64,000 nt of DNA from Candidatus Omnitrophota bacterium. GTDB taxonomy: Bacteria > Omnitrophota > Gorgyraeia > Zapsychrales > JANLHA01. A model generated the notes under the pieces. It did no database searches. It was given only the letters and a program-made list of their open reading frames with translations, and was not told where the DNA came from. The position numbers were made by a program, and so were the translations under genes. Below, one piece after another: positions 57,581 to 64,000 of the stretch. The number at the start of each line of letters is the position of its first letter. Positions within the stretch are counted from its first letter, which is position 1. Location: contig JAKQKX010000063.1 in the NCBI GenBank assembly GCA_029560465.1, positions 3,796 through 67,795 of the forward strand, in the 5' to 3' direction.

Positions 57581-58108
57581 ATGAAACAGAAAAAGTCAGG
57601 TTCTCCTTCACAAACGCCCCGCGTTCAATTGAAGCTTGGGATTTTTTTTGTTTTTTTGGCTTTCCTGGGTTTGGGTGTTGTTGTTGTGCTCATTCTCGGG
57701 AAGATGAGCGTCCGGGATGAAGAATTAGCGCTTCTTAAGGCTCAGGTGAGCCTGTCCGAGGAAACGAAAGCCGAGGTTGAAGAGACGAATATGGCGCTTC
57801 TAAACGCCTTGGGCGCGGAAGTATCGGTGTCCCGGGTGGTTCAGGCGGCTGATAAAGTCTACGATGCGAAAGTCAAGAATACGAAGGATGGTTATCTGTG
57901 GGTGGACCGGGCATCCGCCACTTGGGTTGTGACGTTAGGCGCTTTGAACGGGTTATCAGAAGGGAACCGGCTTTCTGTGTTTGACGGCAATGAAAAGATT
58001 GACACGGTGGAGGTGTCGATGGCGATGGACGTCATTTCTTATGTTCTCCCAACGGAACGATTAAAGAATCAATATAACGCGGATTATTTTCGTGTCGTCA
58101 AGGAATGA
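57581..58108 (+). CDS. Hypothetical membrane-anchored protein
   Basis: Single N-terminal TM helix, coiled coil, beta-rich C-terminus. Confidence 0.7.
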   Translation: MKQKKSGSPSQTPRVQLKLGIFFVFLAFLGLGVVVVLILGKMSVRDEELALLKAQVSLSEETKAEVEETNMALLNALGAEVSVSRVVQAADKVYDAKVKNTKDGYLWVDRASATWVVTLGALNGLSEGNRLSVFDGNEKIDTVEVSMAMDVISYVLPTERLKNQYNADYFRVVKE

Positions 58109-58115
58109 GGTTCGT

Positions 58116-58604
58116 GTGTCGGGTTTTTTAGACCAGTTTCGAAAGACCATTGTCCAATCTGTGTGGAAGGACACGCCTGACATTCCCTCGCGGATTGAGC
58201 TTGACGATAAGATCGCGTTGGGCGTGCTTTTGTGGGTTGTGGCGGAAGAGGACAAAACGTTTTTGCCGGAAGAAGAGTCTGCGATCAAAGAAATCCTGGA
58301 AACGCAGGGAGGGGTTACGCCCGAAGTCATGCCTGTCGTTCTTGGCGCTATCAAGCTGGCGGCCCGGGAGAGAATAGACCTATTCACTTTCACCCGGGAA
58401 GTCAGCCAGGATTTGCCTTACGCGGCCAAGAAAGAGATTGTCGAGAATTTATTCCGGGTGGCCTGCGCGGACGGGGACTTGGCTCATGAAGAGCAGGGCG
58501 TGATTCGTAAGATTGCCGGCCTTTGCGGGGTTGACCACAAGGATTTTATTGCGGCTAAATTAAGAATCAAAAAAGAATTCGGCCTGGACACATTCGGTTT
58601 TTGA
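58116..58604 (+). CDS. TerB family protein
   Basis: LLWVVAEED.....EE..I, LFRVACADG.L...E..VIRKIA; start inferred at GTG 58116. Confidence 0.82.
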   Translation: MSGFLDQFRKTIVQSVWKDTPDIPSRIELDDKIALGVLLWVVAEEDKTFLPEEESAIKEILETQGGVTPEVMPVVLGAIKLAARERIDLFTFTREVSQDLPYAAKKEIVENLFRVACADGDLAHEEQGVIRKIAGLCGVDHKDFIAAKLRIKKEFGLDTFGF

Positions 58605-58820
58605 GCGGGACGTTGTCGATTCCGCGTTTCAGGCCGGGTGTTTTTTAGATTCCCGAGATTTAAAACACGCAGGGGTTTTGGCGTGGTATAAATATAAAAA
58701 AAAGGTTTTGAATTTTTTATATTAAAGATATATAATTGGCGCGGAATTTGAAAAAGGGATAAAAGGCTGCATTCATAACTAATTATATCCCTTAAGTTTT
58801 CTTACCACGAAGGAGGGCGT

Positions 58821-59087
58821 ATGAAGATTACCGACGTTCGTGAATTGCTGAAAAATAAACAGGTTATTGAGGAAATCAACCGGCATTTGTGGATTGAAAG
58901 CCAGAAAGCAGGTTACAGCATCGGCATTGAGAGGGCAACGGATGAATGGTTGCGGCTTTATGCCGAAGGATGGATGAAGTATCACATGCCGGAGAAATAC
59001 CAGTCGTTGCAATTAAAGAAAAAGAAAGAAGCCGAAAAGGGCGAAAAAAAGAAGTCTGGAAAGACGGGTAAAAAAAGATCTAGCTAA
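58821..59087 (+). CDS. Small DUF4032-like protein with a Lys-rich tail
   Basis: EEINRHLWIESQKAGYSIG.E.A..EW; AAGGAGG SD. Confidence 0.7.
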   Translation: MKITDVRELLKNKQVIEEINRHLWIESQKAGYSIGIERATDEWLRLYAEGWMKYHMPEKYQSLQLKKKKEAEKGEKKKSGKTGKKRSS

Positions 59088-59115
59088 TCCCCGTTCATTT
59101 TTATTTTTGAGGCAT

Positions 59116-59152
59116 ACGAAAGGACAAACTCCGGTTTGTCCTTTCGTGTTTT
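59116..59152. terminator. Intrinsic terminator
   Basis: ACGAAAGGACAAAC-tccg-GTTTGTCCTTTCGT + GTTTT, between convergent genes. Confidence 0.8.
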
Positions 59153-59172
59153 ATTCAGGGGGAATGTTGACG

Positions 59173-61551
59173 TCAGGACGCCCCGGGGTTCTGCTGCGGC
59201 CAGCGAGGAGAGGGAAGCCGGCCACTTTGTCTGGTGCTTAGAAAGAGCAGGAGCAGGAGGGAGACGAGGCTGACCATACTGCCTATTTTGAATGAAGCCG
59301 GGGAGAACACGAAACGGACTCTATGGTGCCCGGCGGGGAGGAAGACCGAGCGGATGAAATAATCGGTCTGGAATATTTTTGAGGGTTTCCCATTCACATA
59401 AACTTTCCAGTCGGGATGATAGGCATCGCTCAGGATAAGGAATCCGGGGGATTGCATATTAACCCCCAGGGCGACCTGATTGGCGGAATACTGGCTGATG
59501 TTAACAGCGGATCCGTCCTCTATCGGCGTGGATTTAAGCAGTTGCTGGACCGGCATAACCGGCGGATGGTTAATCACGGCGACATGCCGGGTTTGATCTT
59601 TTAGCTGTTGAAGGACGCGCAACGACTGCTCATCATCCGTCTGGAAAATCGCTTTGTGGACGATAAAAGCGCGGGGATAGGCCCGAGGCCTTTCATAGAT
59701 TTCCACTTTATCCCGGTAGACGCGTGTGTAGTTTTTTGTCACGTTTTTCAAGTGTGGGAATTTTTTTTCAAATGCCGAATCCGTTGGCTTGATGATATAA
59801 CGCACATTCAGCAAGTCGAGGATATTTTCGCTGTAAGGCAACGGGATCGCCCTTAAAGCCGGGGGCCGCAGATCGCCGCGGAAATGGTTCGGGACGAAAA
59901 GCGTGTTGACCAGGCGGACAAAACGTTTCGGAACCAGGCCGAAAAAGAACCCGAGGTCGTCGACTTCAAATCCGGAAGCGGTGTTGGGGTAGAAGGCCCA
60001 GAAGTTCCCGTAGCTTCTTACCCGTTGAGGCTGGTCCTTGATAAAGTTGATGTACGGCACCTCACCGAAGGAGCGGAATCGAAACGGCCTTTCCCGGTGA
60101 ATGTGGGAAAAGAGTTCCACGAAGAGAACCGCCAAAAGCAGCAGTCCGGTCACGGTCCGGGTCAGGATTTTTTTGTCCCGGCAGAACAAGAGGCCCTGAA
60201 AGACCACGATGAGTGAAAACGCTGCCAGGCTTGCGCGCAGCGCCTGCGGTTGTCCGTCGGGGTTTTGCAGCAGGAGGAGATGGGCGGTCACGATGCCGAT
60301 CAAGAGCAGGCTGAAAGGAATCCCTTTTAAGAATAAATTCCGGCTGTTGAGGATGCCGCGGGTCCCCATGCCGGCGCAAACGGCCAGAGAAAATGCGGCG
60401 AGAACCGGTGCGTGCGGGGCAAAGCGACAGACGCTGAATCCCGGAAGATGTCCGATCCAGTTGATGTAAGGCAGGGCGTATTGTTTGCTGATGATCAGAA
60501 AGGCCATCAGCGCAAAGAAACTATTGGCATGCTTTTTATGATTGTTGAAGAAGCTCATGAATGTCAGGGCGAAGGGCAGTAAGCCAATGTATCCGCCCCA
60601 CCATCCGGAGAACATCCATTGATAGGTGAGCGGGACCTTTTGGAAAAAATACGGGATCACGAGGCTTAGCGCGCGGGAGCGCTGTTCTTCCAAAAGAAGG
60701 CCTACTTGGGGAGGGTGCCCGTGCCAGAATTCGAACAGAAGGTTTTTAAAGAACGGGAACGTAATAAAAGCGGAGAGCCCTGCTGCTAAAAGGTACGCCA
60801 GGAGGCCATGCTTGACGGCTTGTTGGGGTGACACGGAATGCCTCAAGACAAAAACCCGGTATAGGAAGAAGCATAAACAATATACGTTAACCAAAAGGAT
60901 GTGTTCCGGGTGGCCTCCTAAAACACTCAACGTGACGGCGGCGGACAAAAGCGCCGTGTCGACCGGGCGCTTCTTGCGGAGCAAGCGTTCGATGCTCAGC
61001 AAGATGAGGGGGGTTGTGATGTCGACGTTGGTCGTCCAGTATTGGAGGGATAAAAGCGGCCCGCTGAGCATGAAGGCGACGGCGGAGCAGAGGGAAGGGA
61101 TTGTTTTGAGCCCCAGCGTGCGCATGAACCAGTACGTGAAGCATCCGGCGACAAGGAATCTGGCGAGGATCATGATGTCCCACGCGAAGAGTTCTGGGAG
61201 AAGATAGAGGATAAACATCAGCGGATAAAACATGCCGACTTCGATCATGCCGATGAGCGGATACCCGCAAGCCTGGTGGGGGTTCCAAAGAGGGAGAATG
61301 CCTTTTCGAAGGTTGCGTTTGATAAATTCATAAACGGGCTCCTCCATAACCGGGGAATCCGTTCCGTTAACGGGAATAAATTTAGGTTTGTTGTTTTCCT
61401 GGCCGTAAGCGCCGGTCGGCAAGGCCTGGGAGTTGGCGGTCGTGACTTTAAATGTTTTGTTCAGGAAGACGACATCGTAGAACGCGATCACAAGCAGGAT
61501 CGTCAGAAAAACAGGAATAAGAAGCGTCTGATTTTTCACCCGGGGAATCAT
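59173..61551 (-). CDS. YfhO-family membrane glycosyltransferase
   Basis: LPLWNP..ACGYP, many TM helices, LILSDAYHPDWKVYVNG...RSVFLPAG.H.V.F. Confidence 0.88.
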   Translation of the reverse strand: MIPRVKNQTLLIPVFLTILLVIAFYDVVFLNKTFKVTTANSQALPTGAYGQENNKPKFIPVNGTDSPVMEEPVYEFIKRNLRKGILPLWNPHQACGYPLIGMIEVGMFYPLMFILYLLPELFAWDIMILARFLVAGCFTYWFMRTLGLKTIPSLCSAVAFMLSGPLLSLQYWTTNVDITTPLILLSIERLLRKKRPVDTALLSAAVTLSVLGGHPEHILLVNVYCLCFFLYRVFVLRHSVSPQQAVKHGLLAYLLAAGLSAFITFPFFKNLLFEFWHGHPPQVGLLLEEQRSRALSLVIPYFFQKVPLTYQWMFSGWWGGYIGLLPFALTFMSFFNNHKKHANSFFALMAFLIISKQYALPYINWIGHLPGFSVCRFAPHAPVLAAFSLAVCAGMGTRGILNSRNLFLKGIPFSLLLIGIVTAHLLLLQNPDGQPQALRASLAAFSLIVVFQGLLFCRDKKILTRTVTGLLLLAVLFVELFSHIHRERPFRFRSFGEVPYINFIKDQPQRVRSYGNFWAFYPNTASGFEVDDLGFFFGLVPKRFVRLVNTLFVPNHFRGDLRPPALRAIPLPYSENILDLLNVRYIIKPTDSAFEKKFPHLKNVTKNYTRVYRDKVEIYERPRAYPRAFIVHKAIFQTDDEQSLRVLQQLKDQTRHVAVINHPPVMPVQQLLKSTPIEDGSAVNISQYSANQVALGVNMQSPGFLILSDAYHPDWKVYVNGKPSKIFQTDYFIRSVFLPAGHHRVRFVFSPASFKIGSMVSLVSLLLLLFLSTRQSGRLPSPRWPQQNPGAS

Positions 61552-61619
61552 GGTCCTTATAGTATAATAATGATAGCGTTGTCAATCAAGCGGAGTTATG
61601 GAATCGTGAGGAGAAAAAG

Positions 61620-61648
61620 AAAACCCCCTAAGGATATCAGGGGGTTTT
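61620..61648. terminator. Intrinsic terminator after the Lys-rich microprotein
   Basis: AAAACCCCCT-aaggatatc-AGGGGGTTTT. Confidence 0.7.
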
Positions 61649-61666
61649 CAAGGGCTATAGAAAAAA

Positions 61667-61759
61667 TTACTTTCTTTTAGCAGCAGTTTTTTTCTTCGCA
61701 ACTTTCTTAACGGCTTTCTTAACTGTCTTTTTTTTGGCTGCTTTCTTTTTTACTGGCAT
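61667..61759 (-). CDS. 30-aa Lys/Ala-rich histone-H1-like basic protein
   Basis: MPVKKKAAKKKTVKKAVKKVAKKKTAAKRK*; strong SD (AAAGGAGAAAGGAAC-ATG) and its own terminator; below the ORF-track cutoff. Confidence 0.8.
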   Translation of the reverse strand: MPVKKKAAKKKTVKKAVKKVAKKKTAAKRK

Positions 61760-61998
61760 GTTCCTTTCTCCTTTCGTGAAAGAAATTTTAAATATTGTTA
61801 CTTAAATAATAACACACACATAATAAGATGCAAAAAATAATTTATATTTTTTAATAAAAATTATTTTTATAAATGTTTTATAAAAGGATAAAATTTTATT
61901 TTTATTTCATTTTTCTCGACGGGCGTCCTGTTCCGGAAGAAAGAGGCGAGATGCCGTTGCGGAGCGGATAAGTTTTTATCCAGGAAGCGATTTACAAT

Positions 61999-63117
61999 AT
62001 GCCGTCATTATATGTTCATATTCCTTTTTGTTTAAGAAAATGTTTTTATTGTTCGTTTACGGTTGCGATTTCCAAGGAACATCACGCGTCTCGCTATGTG
62101 GCCTGCATTTTGCGGGAAGCCCAGCGGTATCAGGGGGAGACCCTCGATTCTATTTATATCGGAGGCGGGACGCCGAGCATGCTGACGGAGGGCGCGTTGC
62201 GTAAACTTTTTAAAGAGCTCCCGGGGATATTCCGCTGCGCCCCTGGCCTGGAAGTAACCATTGAAGCCAACCCCGAGACTATTGATTTTGCGAAAGCGGA
62301 GCTTCTCTTTTCTTTGGGAGTGACCCGCGTGAGCCTTGGCGTGCAAACGTTTCATGAAAAATATTTGCGTTGGATGGGCCGCACCCATACAGCAGAGCAG
62401 TCTGTGCGGGCCGTGGCCGCTTTACAGTCGGCGCTGTTAACCAATATTAATTTGGACCTGATGTATTCTTTCCCCGGAGAAACCATGTCTGAACTTGAAA
62501 GTGACGTGAAACACCTGGCCGGCTTGGGCTGTGCCCATGTGTCGCTCTATGCGTTAAGCGTCGAACCTTATAGTCGTTTTTATGTCCAGGGGATTCAACC
62601 GCTACCACGGGATACCGAAGCCGCATTTTATGAAGATGTCCGGCGGAGACTCTCTCGGAGCGGCTATCGTCAGTATGAGATCAGTAATTTTTGCCGTTCC
62701 GGCAAGGAGTCGTTTCATAACAAGAATTACTGGCTTGGAGGCGATTATATCGGTCTTGGCGTGAGCGCTCATTCGCACCGTCAAGGGCGCCGGAGCTGGA
62801 ACACCGCGCAGCTGAATGCCTACATGGCGGCCATCGAGAGTGGCGCGAACCCCGAAGAAGGGCACGAAGTGTTGACGCCTGAACAACAGTTCAGGGAGGC
62901 GGTTGCTTTCGGGTTGAGGATGAATCAGGGGGTGGATGTTCAACGGTTGGAAGAACGCTACCGTATGGCTGCGCCAGAGGCGCTGGAGGCAAGGGTTCGG
63001 TCCTTTATCCATGAAGGGTGGCTGGATGAGAAAGAGGCCGGGCCAGGACGCCCGTTATGGCTGGTAACGGATCGGGGACGGCTGGTCCTGGACACATTGA
63101 TGCCCTATATTATATAA
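61999..63117 (+). CDS. hemW: Radical SAM heme chaperone HemW
   Basis: SLYVHIPFCLRKCFYCSF, YIGGGTPS, EANP, YEISNF, HN.NYW. Confidence 0.93.
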   Translation: MPSLYVHIPFCLRKCFYCSFTVAISKEHHASRYVACILREAQRYQGETLDSIYIGGGTPSMLTEGALRKLFKELPGIFRCAPGLEVTIEANPETIDFAKAELLFSLGVTRVSLGVQTFHEKYLRWMGRTHTAEQSVRAVAALQSALLTNINLDLMYSFPGETMSELESDVKHLAGLGCAHVSLYALSVEPYSRFYVQGIQPLPRDTEAAFYEDVRRRLSRSGYRQYEISNFCRSGKESFHNKNYWLGGDYIGLGVSAHSHRQGRRSWNTAQLNAYMAAIESGANPEEGHEVLTPEQQFREAVAFGLRMNQGVDVQRLEERYRMAAPEALEARVRSFIHEGWLDEKEAGPGRPLWLVTDRGRLVLDTLMPYII

Positions 63118-63131
63118 GAGAAGAGAGGGAG

Positions 63132-64000
63132 TTAGAACGGGAGCCCGTTTTGATCTGCGATAGTCCGGCTCTGGTGGAATAATTCCAGAAGGAGGCGTTG
63201 GACGTAACGGCGATATTGTTCCTTGATTTGAAGCTGTTGAAATATTTTTTCTGATTTTCGAAGGCGGGTCAGAATATGGTCCAGGCTGTAGGCCAGGCTG
63301 CCCGTTTCTATAAAAATTTTACGGACGGCCAGAAGATCCTTATGCGTTATTTTGGGCTTGGTGAATATTTCCATGAACCGAGCTTTATGTTTTCCTTGAA
63401 GCTGACTGTAAGCGTGGCACACCAGCAAGGTTTTTTTGGATTCCGCGATATCGCTCAATATGGATTTCCCGATGTTTTTTTGCGTGTCAAATACCCCTAT
63501 AATATCGTCTTGAATCTGGAACGCCTGCCCGATCAGGAGGCCGAGCTCGGCCAGAAGTTGTATGTCCTGTTCGCCGGCTCCGGCCAGGATCGCTCCCACG
63601 ACCAGGGGGCAGTCAAAAGTGTACCGGGCCGTTTTGAGTGAGTAGTTGAGAAAGACGTCCTTCTCGGAAACCTGCGGGACCGTTTTCGTCCCATGCAGGG
63701 TGTCAATGAATTCTCCCATAGCCGTGAACACGGCGGTCTGGATGAAGTATTTGAGCGCTCGTTCTTTCCGGTCCCGGTGTTCATTGATAGAGAGAAAAGC
63801 ATCGATCGCCAGGGCGTATACGATGTCCCCAACGACAATGCTCAAGTCGGTCCCTAACCGCTGGCGGTCGCTGGCCTTCGCGGCTTTTTCCATCATCTTG
63901 TGCATGGTCGGCTTGCCTCGGCGCAGATCGGAGCGGTCAATGATGTCATCGTGAATCAGCATGAAGTTGTGGAGAAGTTCGATGCAGGTTGACACATAAT
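63132..64000 (-). CDS. Polyprenyl diphosphate synthase (start beyond the window end)
   Basis: ELLH.FMLIHDDIIDRSDLRRG.PT, KTA.Y, AFQIQDD. Confidence 0.93.
   Translation of the reverse strand, partial: YVSTCIELLHNFMLIHDDIIDRSDLRRGKPTMHKMMEKAAKASDRQRLGTDLSIVVGDIVYALAIDAFLSINEHRDRKERALKYFIQTAVFTAMGEFIDTLHGTKTVPQVSEKDVFLNYSLKTARYTFDCPLVVGAILAGAGEQDIQLLAELGLLIGQAFQIQDDIIGVFDTQKNIGKSILSDIAESKKTLLVCHAYSQLQGKHKARFMEIFTKPKITHKDLLAVRKIFIETGSLAYSLDHILTRLRKSEKIFQQLQIKEQYRRYVQRLLLELFHQSRTIADQNGLPF

Overview
Bacterial chromosomal window, standard genetic code. The gene set (TPR/coiled-coil proteins, minor pilin cluster, many GT-C membrane glycosyltransferases) resembles Candidatus Omnitrophota/PVC, but this is an inference. 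Left part: mutS (partial), a type IV minor-pilin operon, a TusA + split YeeE sulfur-transport unit, a hybrid kinase and a radical SAM gene. Right part: comM, an L,D-transpeptidase, accA, rlmN, glycosyltransferases, an RHH/Doc module, tRNA-Leu and tRNA-Ala, a BirA-regulated biotin operon with a BioD-BioA fusion, mnmA, pgi, hemW and a prenyltransferase. The main accessory feature is an integron cassette array (core about 20.7-31 kb, eroded remnants from about 16.9 to 34.9 kb) with no integrase in the window. It contains two near-identical ~145-bp attI-like leaders, each preceded by a REP-like GGGGACA...T(G/A)TCCCC hairpin. Each leader is followed by a first cassette whose core sites are exactly complementary. 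Cassettes are rich in predicted nuclease/defence genes, and many attC sites are truncated or collapsed. Two features are absent from the ORF track: a candidate ~90-nt sRNA and a 30-aa Lys/Ala-rich histone-H1-like protein.
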